The notes beneath the pieces are model-generated. The model did not search any database, was not told the origin of the DNA, and saw only the letters and a program-made list of their open reading frames with translations. 64,000 bases of DNA from Tubulanus polymorphus (lineage: Eukaryota; Animalia; Nemertea): assembly GCF_964204645.1 (NCBI RefSeq), contig NC_134032.1, positions 13,070,275-13,134,274 of the forward strand, written 5' to 3'. Each line of letters begins with the position of its first letter. Position 1 is the stretch's first letter. Shown here piece by piece: positions 39,933-51,431 of the stretch. Both the position numbers and the translations under genes were made by a program.

Positions 39933-41122
39933 TTCATTTTTAAGCTCGCTTGTCGTTGTGTCAGTTTTTTTACACGCAGTTCATTTTCAATTGATATGTC
40001 TCGAATCGCAAGCTATGAGAATAGTGATGATATTGAAATGTCGTATATCTAGAATTTTAAGTGTTATTTTCAATTAGAAACTCTATGAGAGGTGAAGTCC
40101 TGAACACACCTGTAACGGATGTGAAGCCTATTCAATCAGATATTCGAAGTTTGGTAATTGATAAAACGTCTACCGGTATTAAGATTTTGTTTTCAATTAA
40201 GTAAGCATATAAATCTGAGGTGAGGTGATGTTATTAAGCCTGGGGGATCAGAAATTGTAAATATCAGTGATAAAGTATCCGATGTCCACTTATATCACTA
40301 GTGATATTAAACAAGAAAACGACAATATCGACATATGCAATCCAATACAGATTTATTTGTTCAGAATATAAATAAATAGTCAAAATATCTAACAATACAT
40401 TGAAATGTACAATAAATAAGTAGTTATATAAACATTCATATAATATTTTAAGGACAGGAATGCACGAGAAATGTGAATATATTTTATAAAGGAGAGCCAT
40501 GTAGTTGGGAGCGTGTGTACATTGCATCAGCAAAATTATCGGACAAAAAGGGGATTCGACCCTACGTGTCATTAGAAAAAAATAAGAAAAAGTACTTGGC
40601 TGTGGGGTCAATGAAAGAGGATGGAGGGAGTGCAAGTATTCTTCCCTCCCGCCGCACATATCGACACCATCGGGTTTCAATGTCTTTTTCTGATGACGAC
40701 TTAACTGCGTCTAAAGCCCGAACTGTGAGGTATATATAAAGCTACATAGTGTGAAGCCGATTTTCTTGTTTGCGGCTTTACGTTCAGAAGTTACGCACAA
40801 TGAGAATGCGGCATTACATTTTGAGAAAAGTCATTTACGACGGGGTGATGTGTACAAATGGCAGTTTAGTTTCAAATGGAACGCGATTTCGGTTACGGTA
40901 TATACTTTAATAGCAAACTTCGCTCAAATCGGCTCCAATCAAATAGGAGATAACCGCTAAACTCGGATGTTTCTTAAAGTCTTTTGTAACACCATGAAAT
41001 ATTCAGCATAAAATTCGGATATCACCCTCTGAAGATATGGCACATTTCAACGATCCTAAAATGGTCGACAGTTTACTATAAATCCACGAATAACCAAAAT
41101 AATTACATGACAGAAGTTGCGG

Positions 41123-44100
41123 TCAAAATTTCGAAACCTGTTCCTTCTTCATATCGTCCTCGTCTGCGATACCGACGTCTTTGGAAACGGTAGAAACCTC
41201 CGTGACGCTTTCACCGAGCGCATCCTGCGAGTCGGACGAACATATAGGTGGCTTATAAACGAGCAATGCCACAACGAAGAAAAATAGCGTGAGAAGGCCT
41301 AAAGCTAGGCCCAGCCCGAATATCGTCAAGCTCATCTGTAACGTATCGTACAACCAACAGGCGCCTTTCTCTGCACATTTAGACTGCCACACCGAACACG
41401 CGTTGTCCATCAGTGCGCCGAAAACAATAGGCCCGGGAATACTGCCTGTAAAAAGAACAAGTAAACCAGCTTGAAAGTTTTATGACACCAAAACATAGCA
41501 TACAATATTGCTTTATATTGTCGACAAAGAATGATATTCAAGAATGAATGATGATGTCAAATTACTAACACATTTTGTGAAAACTACTTTAATAAGAGAT
41601 ATATATCAGGTAGTCTGGTCTGATAAGATATTTACCTAGAAACCTCAGAAATACCCATTGGATGCCAAGAGCGAACGTTCGCGTTGAGGTAGGAATGCAT
41701 CTGAAACGATATGAAATGAAATTCCCTGATCTGAAAAAAGGAAATGCGGTTGAAAAGCTGGCGCATGAGGCCTACCGGAGTGTCGCCGAAAGGGACGGCA
41801 CCAAAGGTAACATGGAGCAGCCGATAAGTACAAACAGTACCGCGAGAAACACGGGTAGTGTGGTACATCCATTATCACACTGGCCACCAGTCGCCATGTT
41901 CGAGAAGTCATAATTCCCACTAGGAAGTTGTGCCGCGATACAACTGCAGTTTCCGTACGTCTAAAAAAGATCGATGCATATTTTCGGGAACTTTCTCATT
42001 ACGAAAAAATCACATTACTTCATATATACGATATATTTGATTGTATATAACAGGGTTCTTACGAATCAGGAAATTCTTTATCGTTTTTATATTCAGGGAA
42101 TTCAAGGAATTCTGACCCTTTTCTTGAACAGTTAGGGAAGTTTCTTGCCGGTGCCGATTGGCACATGGAACCTGAGTTAGATTTAAGCGGTCGATGGTCA
42201 GGGAAAATCAGGAAAAAGTCGGGGAATTTATGAACTATGTACATGGGTTTATATAGATACCGTTTTCGCTCCCGTAGTTTTGTTATAACTAAGACAACCG
42301 GCGTGACATGGGCTGAAATATTCGACGTTGTTAATTCCGCATACTGGTTCTCTACTCTCCAACGAACAACCACAACCAGAGTTACACGACGAAGTCAGGT
42401 TGATGTCGACTTTATTCCCGATCACGATAGATCTACAGAACATTAGAATATTCACTTAAGTCATCGTTGGAGTCATCATTGCTTGGGGTTTGATTGCCTC
42501 CCGCCGAGCTCATGCCAACACAAACCTTGGCCCATTGCCCACGATTTCTTATGCGGACAGGTTGCTGCTAAGCAGCCGCCTGTCTACATATCTAGCCAAT
42601 CAGATGCGCAGAGAATCTGCCGGCGAAAACGATTTCGGGTGTAATACTTACGTGTTTGTGTATTGCCTGTTAATACCCGCCATATCAGGCGGTGAACACG
42701 TGACAAAAAACGCACCCATCGCTACACACGCGATAACCTGAGATATTACGCACAGACGAATCAAACCCGGTACCTTCAGTTTTAATCGGTTAGCAATTAC
42801 ACCGCCTATGACCTGTCCACCGGCGGCACTTGGCACGATCACAAAACCTAGAACAACACATTAGGTCGAATTAACTTAGTTTAATCGCAGTTGATTTGCA
42901 GGGGTGGCTCCAGGGTCAAAGGAAAGGGGATGTCTTCTAGATCGAACTTTACTCGCTGCGTTGATAGCAATATTCCGAAAACCTCTAAAAGCACACAGTC
43001 ATAATGGGGTTCGCAGCGTTCGGCGATTCGTCGACAAATGTATCTCTGAATTTTCCGTCGGATACGTGCTTTCACGTGTGTTATTGATACTTAACTCACC
43101 TGATAACATGGCCGACCACGACGGAGTTTGGTAAAGTTGATTTTGTATATATTTTGCTATGAATGTAGCAAACCCAGCAGCTAGAAACAGTTGAGCAGCT
43201 CCGGCTAAAGTCAGCATCATAAATGTCGGATTTTTGATCAGCAGAAAAGTGATTTTTGGAAGATCTCTGATACTTTTTCCGAAGCCGGATTTATTGAGTT
43301 GGTCCTCGGATCCTTTGAAGGCCTGCGACACGCGCTGTGAGCGAACCTCTTCGGCAACTGTACAATATAAAAACTCTCTAAGATACACAATATCTGATGA
43401 ATATAGGGATGATGAATAATAGTCTTTAGCCAAAACGCTGCTCAAAATATATACTCTTTTTGTGTCAGTAGTCTATTGTTCAATAGAGAAACTAAATGAT
43501 TTTACTTACTAGGGGATTCGCGACCAAAACAAAACAGAAACAAAGATACGCTCACGAACAGACACGCCGATATAACGAACCCAATCCACCAAGCTCCGAC
43601 CCATCGTGGATCATTCGGTTCGACGTGGATTCTGAAATCAGTGAAAAGTGAGAAAACGATCAGATATTCATACATATATACCGTTACATATCTCCAAGAA
43701 CTGATGATACCATCGAACGAGATCCCATCGTTTGTTGGAAATTCTGATGAAATTCTAAATACACTCACGCCGATGTGTCGACCGCGTCGATGTCAACGTA
43801 AATATCCAAAAATGCACCACCGGCTATATACCCGATTGCTGGACCGAGTGCGGCCATTCCTTCGAAGATTGCTGCAATTTTGGTAAAACGTTATTTTACA
43901 TGCGCGTGATAGAGATAAATTGGACGAAACGGTCTAGAGAAACAGTGAACTACGCGCCTTGCCAGGTATTGACATTAGTATCGCTAGTATTGCTATATCA
44001 TTTATAAATTCTATGTAATAAGATACAAACCAACTGTTATACGGATTTAACACTTTTGAAATCAAGGATTTGTCAAAAATTAAAATGAATCCATCGTCAG

Positions 44101-45511
44101 GTATCATAAATTCTTGATTTTGAAACTTTTAAATCTGTATGTAGTGGGGTTTTCATCTTATCTGTTCTCCACGTCTGAATGTGGTTATTCTGCTATCAAA
44201 ATCTATAATATAGATCGTACACATTTCCAATAACAGATCGGTGATCTTGGAAATGAACTACCTGGAATCACACGTCGAAACCAAAGCGTTTATTATCTGG
44301 TTCTCTAGTTGTAACGAGGATATAGAATTCGATTCAAAACTTACAAATATAAAGAGGTGAGGAGTCTGCGTGGACGTTGTCATCGATATACACTACTCCA
44401 ACTGTATATAATGTCGTGCCGCCCAAACCGTGCAGTAACTGGCCCAGTATCAACACGAACAAAAAGTTCTGTAAGCTGTTGTCTTCGTTTGCTGCGTTAC
44501 AAGTTGAGGCCGTCGCTAGAACACCAAAAATACGATATACTTTAATTATGATTTTCTGTGATACTTATGTAAGTGAAGACATGAGTAGGTTATGGCGCAA
44601 GATACGTAAGACTTTTCCATAAAACGTGGCTCTCTCCTAAATACCAATATGACGTCGTCAGGATCGTTATTAGAAGAAAACAAGATCCAATCACGGGGTC
44701 GTTATAGGGGATTTAGGAAACGACCGTCTTTTATGCAACGGTCTATAACACGGTTGTTTCCTAAATGCCACTATGGCATCATCCGATTCGTTCAGAAATT
44801 GTACATGTAAATGAAAAAAAAGATCCATAGACGAGGTTATAAGATTTTAGGAAAGTCACCTTTTACGTTATGGAATAACCTACCCGGACATTTGTCTGAT
44901 ACTGGAAGGCCAAGTTCGTATTGCCCCGATGCAAAATGAGGAATAACCATCGTTACCGAACCAAAAGCCATGCTCAATGCCGCTAAGCCAAGCCATCTAG
45001 GCATATGACCGAATCGAGCATAGTAACTTATAATGATTACGGTAAGACCGGCTGATATGTCATAAGCGCTGGATATGAAGCCAACTTTCCAACTGGGCAG
45101 TTTAAAACGTCTCTCTATCGTCGATGTGTTTACGTTGTTCACGCCATTGACGGCGAAACCTTGGACGATGACGAACCAACATAAAACAGCTAGAATCGAT
45201 TTAGGATTGTTCCAACTTTGTATCGTTTTAGGCCGACACGAGCCATATCCACAGCCGGATATATTACGTCCTTTCCCGGTGATATCCGTATCGAGGATAT
45301 CGGTAACTTTTTGTGGATCAGTAGGTTCATCGTAGTCGGTGGCTGCACCATTTCGTTTCGTAATCCCATCGCTGTCGAGGTCTACGTCAACTTTGTTGTT
45401 CATTGTCGCCGGATTTTCCGAAGTATTTCGTTGCCAGTTCGTTGATGCGTCTAGATCATCGGCAAGTTCGGTATCAGGATTCTGAGGTCCGTTATAAGCG
45501 TATTTACTCAT
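41123..45511 (-). CDS. SLCO: Solute carrier organic anion transporter (OATP/SLCO, SLCO4-like), ~740 aa
   Basis: 10 phase-consistent exons: 44884-45511, 44345-44515, 43769-43871, 43510-43631, 43100-43357, 42652-42847, 42261-42432, 41776-41960, 41636-41700, 41123-41445. OATP signature DPRWVGAWWIGF; STIERRF; Kazal-like CNSGCGC...EPVCGINNVEYFSPCHAGC; GSIPGPIVFGALMDNACSVWQSKC...GACWLYD. Confidence 0.95.
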
Positions 45512-46416
45512 GTTGCTCTGTGTATAAGTACAAATGTAAAAAGAGGCAAATAGACTTTGACAAACCCACAATGACAAAAAACGGAAAGATTTGAAAGAAT
45601 GGAACAATTTCGAAAAATCTAATCGAAATTTTGGAGTCTTCATTGAATGTTTTAAATCTGTTGCGACACACACGGATAATTTCACATCCCTTTTAAAAGG
45701 AATGAACATTCATTTATATGATCCTAGCCTGCCACGTACCAGCAATGTACTGTGTGACTAACAGTGGCATTGATACTATTATAAAGACGGATAGGTTATG
45801 GTATTAGCTCTCATCGTTAGATCTAACCTCACCTCATATTGCAAGTATCATATGATTCGTTCTTTGCTCTCGTGAAATGAAATACATGGTAGCTGAGTTA
45901 GCGGCTAAATATGGCTTCAACCCCCGTGAAACCGGTTTTTTAATAGCAGTTTGTCGAAAGAGTTCAACATATATATGCTCAAAAGAGATAACGATGTTAT
46001 AGATATATGACCATTGTTAATATATGTCGAATCATTAATTTAAGGAATAATAAATACATTAAAAACTATTCGGGTGAAGGCCATCCCGCTTGCAGGTATA
46101 ATAGACTCGCGCAATGTGGTAACGCTACGAAATTCTACCAAATATCGTTTCGGTAATAAATGTGCGGACACAACGTTGCAACGTTACCTAAACAGATCTG
46201 GAAAAGATGCGGTTATACGTAAAACTAGCTAGGTGGAACTGCTGTCCCAGACCCCCCGGAATTCCGACGGTAACGAGTTCGATTATCAACGCAAGGGGGT
46301 TGAATAAGGTCATATTCGTTAATTCAACTCGGGCTAGAACGGCAGCAGGAGGGTTGAACCAAAACTACCTAAATACGAACGTACCATTGATCCCAGACAA
46401 ATGATAATAATCTTAC

Positions 46417-47090
46417 CTTGAAAAAGGATGGATATTTTATACCGGTGTGTTAACCATTCCCAATACAGCTCTATACTATTACTATATGCTAATTTCGCAT
46501 ATTTTCGCCAAGATTACCATTTCTATACGACGGGGTTTTTCGGCGTATTATCATATATATATATATATATATATATATTCGAACGTGGGGTTGACCATGC
46601 CAAGGCGTGTTCGTTCTATTTATTTCAACGATTAAGAAAGCTTACAGCCGTTTATACGTTATAGTTGTGCTATACTATAGGCGCTGCCTATATATACTCC
46701 CTCACTCAGAAACCTTTTGTGCCATATTGACATAAATGCTCGTTAACATATAGAACGACATGTATTGATTATGTTGAAATAGCGACGGCATAATCAAAAC
46801 CAATTCACAATTAAAAATCGCATTGATATGTGTGTGTATATATCTAAATGTTATACGGTCTCTGTGACGTAATAGGGTTTCCCATTTCGCGGCGATTACT
46901 CATACCAAAATCACTCGTCGTCGCAGCAGTGACTCGGTTCATTCGTTCGGACGGATCAAAAGAATGTATTAACGCTGTGGCGATCGATTCATCGGCTGCC
47001 AATTCGCTCATCTGCTGACGTCACACATGCGTATTTCAATCTGAGCATTTCATCCCTGTATGAGAACCGTATGGGCCACGATTGGTGTAA
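46417..47090 (-). promoter_or_regulatory. Probable SLCO non-coding first exon and promoter
   Basis: Donor AAG|GTAAGA near 46416; TATA-like TATATATA near 46689-46696; CRE TGACGTCA 47016-47023 and TGACGTAA near 46865; CCAAT boxes near 46999 and 47081. Confidence 0.35.
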
Positions 47091-47622
47091 ACCTCATATT
47101 CGCTGAGACTTATTCGTATCAAAGTGACGTGTTATATAGCGGAACAATGGTCAATCGATTGATATCATGATAAAGTGATAAGTACTGATCAATTCAAGGT
47201 ACTTTGACCGATGATAAGAGTATGCGTATAGTCAGTCTACTAATGTGTATGTTCATTCTGAAGAAATATTTTTGATATTCTAACATTGATAACTCGATGA
47301 CGTGTTGAGGCAAATTGTTTGGCTTTTTTTTAACCAAAATTGAAGTGCCCCTACCCTGCTGCAATTCCTCTTCCTCCCCTCTTCCCCCTCTCTCCCTTCC
47401 CTCCCTCCTTCAATTCCTCTAAAGAAAATGGAACCGAAAATACGAATGAATTCTTCAAGATTGAAAATAAAGTTTATTTCCTTGTTATTTGTCATGCGTG
47501 CTATTTATTTCCTTTACAATAAAAAGAAACATTCGTTTTGTCATTCTTCGCGCTAAAACCGCATAGATTATAATATATGCATAGGAGACATTTGATTGCA
47601 CTGTAATTACAGTAAAAACTTA

Positions 47623-48076
47623 AGCCTAGCGCACATCGACAAAGCGACTGGAGACAACTAGTTGCTAGTGAGCGCACATCGAAAATTTAGTAAAAACCAG
47701 CAACTGCGTGGCTCATGCCGGTCGCTAGGTCCATAGCGCACACATCGACAGCAACTGAGATGTGGTTTAGCAAATATTCTTGAGGGCATCACAAGTCACG
47801 TGACAAATAGCTTTGTTTTAGTCAGTTAAAACCATGTGTTGTTGATTATGGAGCGCTCACATCGACGGATATGAGAGCAACTGAGTACAACTAGTTGCTC
47901 AAAAGTAGAACATGAGCAACTGGGTGGAACTGGAGATAGATGGACGCTAACCGGTCGTAAGCTCGCTCACATCGACAAATTCGAGCAACTGATTGTATCC
48001 AGCGAGTTGCTCTCATGCGCCGAAAACTACCTGGCAACTAGTTGTCTCCAATCGCAGTGTCGATGTGCGCTAGGCT
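47623..48076. mobile_element. ~450-bp MITE (PIF/Harbinger-like)
   Basis: ~45-bp TIRs AGCCTAGCGCACATCGAC...GGAGACAACTAGTTGC; TTA duplication on both sides; internal repeats of CACATCGAC and GCAACT. Confidence 0.8.
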
Positions 48077-48156
48077 TTAGATATTCACTTCATAGCTTAT
48101 ATATTAAGATAATCGCCATAAGCTCAATAATATGGAGGGTTGTATATGCAGATACG

Positions 48157-50139
48157 CTAAAAGTTGACAGGTGCCGTGGGTCCAAAATGTAGATTGTAGA
48201 ACTCCGAGATGGCGTGCGCTACATTTTTGCAGTAATGCTTCGTTTTACATGAGCTGGCAGTTCTAGTGGAATTGGGAAATTCAATTTGAATGGCGTTGAA
48301 ATGCGCATCGTGGAGGCCATGCCGTTTAGTTAGGTATCCACCACTGAATACGAAACGGCGTTTACGCTCGTCGGTTTTTGGTGTCGGGAACTTCGGACTC
48401 GGAACGTAGTCCGTCTGAGCGGCGTATCTTTGTAGAAAATAGCTGAAATAAGAAGAAATGCTTTGCTTTGAAGAATCTTTTTAAATCATGTTGCGTAGCG
48501 CCAAGCTGACTCCAGTAGGCGAAGTGAAGCTGCAATGGAACTATAAGAGCCGAATTTTGGCAAGAAAAATAAGAGAAAGAATATAAATGCGACAAAAAGT
48601 ATTAAAATTTGATTAGCTAGTATGATTTATAACTAAATTTACCCTAAACTATAATGTCCGCTGAGTAAACTGTCAAACGTTTCGCCGGTTTTGGCATGGA
48701 ATCGCTGGTATAGGTTGTTGATGGAGGACATTTCTGGTTTTCTCAAGTTGGCGCTGTTGAGTTGGTGGCGTTTCAGTGCGTAGCCCAACTGAGTCCAATC
48801 GTTCATCCTCTGTCCGTGCAAATCCAGCAATATTCCCCCGGGAATTCTCGACTTGATCTGTACAATGGACAAGTATTTTCATCATCATTTCGAGCATCGT
48901 CTAGACGCAGTGCAGTACGGGTTTCACAGTACTACCTGTTGAATAGATGTTTCGTATTCCAACCAAGCTTTTCTCCCTCGATCGGTGACGTCATCGTACA
49001 CGTAAGGGGCTTCGGTCCAGTTGCGGTTCGCGTCCAGACGACTTCTGTGCAGCAGATTGATCACTACATGCGGTACGATACCGTAACTGGTCTTTAGATG
49101 GTGTATTATCTCCAGGGCCATTTCAAGCGTATACGTATCCTTAAAAAAAAACAAAGATCGATTCGTATAAGATATACACGAAAATACAGTTAGTAGCATT
49201 TGACGAAGAAGGTATCCATGGTTAACTAACCTGCTGTGCGTGTATCTTACAGACGAGCGGTCGATTGGTACAAGTAGTAATATTATGGAGACAAATGCCG
49301 TTTATTTTACACCCTCGTTTTCTATGGATCCTCGCCGTAATCTCATCAGCTTTTAGATAACCCCCGTGTGGTACTCTGTAGGTGAGAATATTTCATGAAG
49401 CATCCAAAACTGTAGCGTCAAATGGAACTAAACAGTATTTGTGTGCGTCAAAAAATGAAATGCGCCACTTACGACAAAAGAAGTTTGCTGGTTCCTTCCA
49501 TTTTTCCAACATATCCAGTGTCCGATAGCTTCATATATTTAGCATGCTCTAAAGAAGTTACGATATGGATTTAGTAATACAAACGTTTTTCAGCTTGATA
49601 CAAAAAGGCAAGTTCTTAAATGTACAATTTTACAACGTACCCCCGCAAAACGGTTTCATCGACCAGACGGACGTGTTCGTTTCTTCATTGAATTCACAAG
49701 TGATCTGATTGCTTCCGAACAGGGTATAACCGGCTTTACATTTATACATCACCGAGTCTCCACAGTTACCACGGGTTTCAGACGTCACCGCCTGACTCAC
49801 TCTAGGCGGACGTTGCGAACATTTCGGTGCCCGTCCAAAAGCAACAAAATTGAAAAATAGAAAACGTTGTTTTAATAACCGATGATTCTTGATTTTGAAC
49901 TTATCACTGACCATTATCGACGAATCCTTCTTACTGAATTTTTCGACACCTGTTAAACTTACCAGGACAGCATGCCGGTTTGTGTGACCATTTTCCACTT
50001 TTCAAACATCGGATTGATTTTCTGCCTCCTGAGATTCGGAAACCAGCCTTACAGCTGTAAGTAGCTCCGTCGGGTGATACATCGGCACCGTTCGAGTTAC
50101 GAACATACGGTGCCTCACCACAACTACCGTTGCCTATCT
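48157..50139 (-). CDS. Sushi(CCP)x2 plus N-formylglutamate amidohydrolase-like (Zn-dependent hydrolase) protein, copy A; 5' end unresolved, possibly splice-defective
   Basis: Exons 49963-50139 (Sushi 1: CGEAPYVRNS...YSCKAGFRISGGRKSIRCLKSGKWSHKPACC), ~49641-49830 (Sushi 2: CSQRPP...YKCKAGYTLFGSNQITC...WSMKPFC), 49473-49548, 49231-49375, 48936-49139, 48643-48857, 48157-48442. Motifs SVPHGG, HRSRLDANR, LLDLHGQ, FSGGYLTKRHG, NAIQIE. No canonical AG before the Sushi 2 exon. Confidence 0.72.
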
Positions 50140-50295
50140 CTACAATGTTTTAGAATACTTAAATCATGCCGATATCGACACCAATATTCTTATCAATAAT
50201 TGCAATCGAAATGACGCAATATTCTCCACGACTTACATGCGACCAACTGGAGTCGAGAACATAATGTTTGATTTGGTTTATGTAAGTACCCTATA

Positions 50296-50455
50296 CAGTG
50301 GAACCTCGTTACAGCGAACTACTTCGCGGTGCCAGAAAATATGTTCGTTATAACCGATAGTTTGTTAAATCCAATATGAAATCAATCAAATTGCTTTACT
50401 TGGGACATTATTCTATATTTGTTGTATCTGATTTCGTTGTAACGAGGTTCCGCTG
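50296..50455. mobile_element. Tc1/mariner-type MITE
   Basis: TA duplication; TIRs CAGTGGAACCTCGTTACA / TGTAACGAGGTTCCGCTG. Related decayed copies near 3500-3610 and 10330-10450. Confidence 0.75.
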
Positions 50456-50609
50456 TAGATGTTCTTCTCCCCTAGTCTCTGTAGCGAAGCTTGCGCATGT
50501 GCTGTCGGGACAAGTGGTTAGCCTGTGCGCGGCCGAGTTTAAGCAGTAATGTAACATCTGTAAAAAAGAGACCCGACGTGTTCTCTCTCTCTCTCATCAT
50601 CTTCAGGGA

Positions 50610-50653
50610 TATTCCTGAAGATGACACTTACAATATAGTCGAAACGTCGAATA
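50610..50653 (+). ncRNA. Minimal type I hammerhead ribozyme motif (same family as the palindromic element)
   Basis: TATTC-CTGAAGA-T-GAC(12 nt)GTC-GAAA-CG-TC-GAATA: stem I TATTC/GAATA, stem II GAC/GTC, palindromic ACGT helix III, GUC cleavage triplet; homology to the element arm continues to ~50720. Confidence 0.6.
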
Positions 50654-51431
50654 AATTACTAGCTCCTGTTACATTTTCGGACTGTTTTTCGTAATCACTG
50701 TGGGGTTCTCTCCACATGCGATAGATTAGTTCGTAATGCAGTATGATTGTTATGATAGTTATGTTATAACTATTTATATTTTTGTCGCCCTAAACGCTCA
50801 GGTCATAGAATACAATATACATATATGAGATTATTGTCAATACCAAATAAAGGAAAACTGTGTTTTATCTTGGCGAAGTGATACAGCCATACACGGACGA
50901 AAACTAGCGATGAGCATCAATACGTGCAGAACGTTTTTGATAAAAGCAAGAACATTTCAGATATAATATCTGAATAGAATTATTACTTTCAGGAAAGGGT
51001 ATTACACTTAAAATGATATTTAGAAGAAGGCAACCAATCGTGAATTTGACCCTAGAGATAGAGTTCGTCGAATTACCGAACACGCTATGCCCTGTACATC
51101 GCATTGTAGTTCGTGGATGTTAGGTATTACCATTGCGCTGGTTATCATATGTTCCGCCGTGATTAGCTTACTTTTTACCGTTATGAATAGAATAAGAATA
51201 TGATTATATAGGCCCTACAGGATCGGCTCGGATATGATTTTATCACCTGTCGACGGGTCTGTTATCCAAGTTGCGCCTAAAGCATTCCCCGAAAACGAAG
51301 CAATCCAAAAACAATGGAACGTTATGTACACCAAAAAACGACGTCGTCCGTCCATTAGGCATTTATGATGTGTCTGATTGAAGCGCCTGAACTATATGTT
51401 TATGATAATTGTTGACATACATCGTCGGGTT

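Noticed and set aside
50237-50557. Candidate upstream exon for amidohydrolase copy A
   Set aside because: It has plausible splice sites, but it is interrupted by a MITE and I found no stop-free frame joining the Sushi 1 exon.
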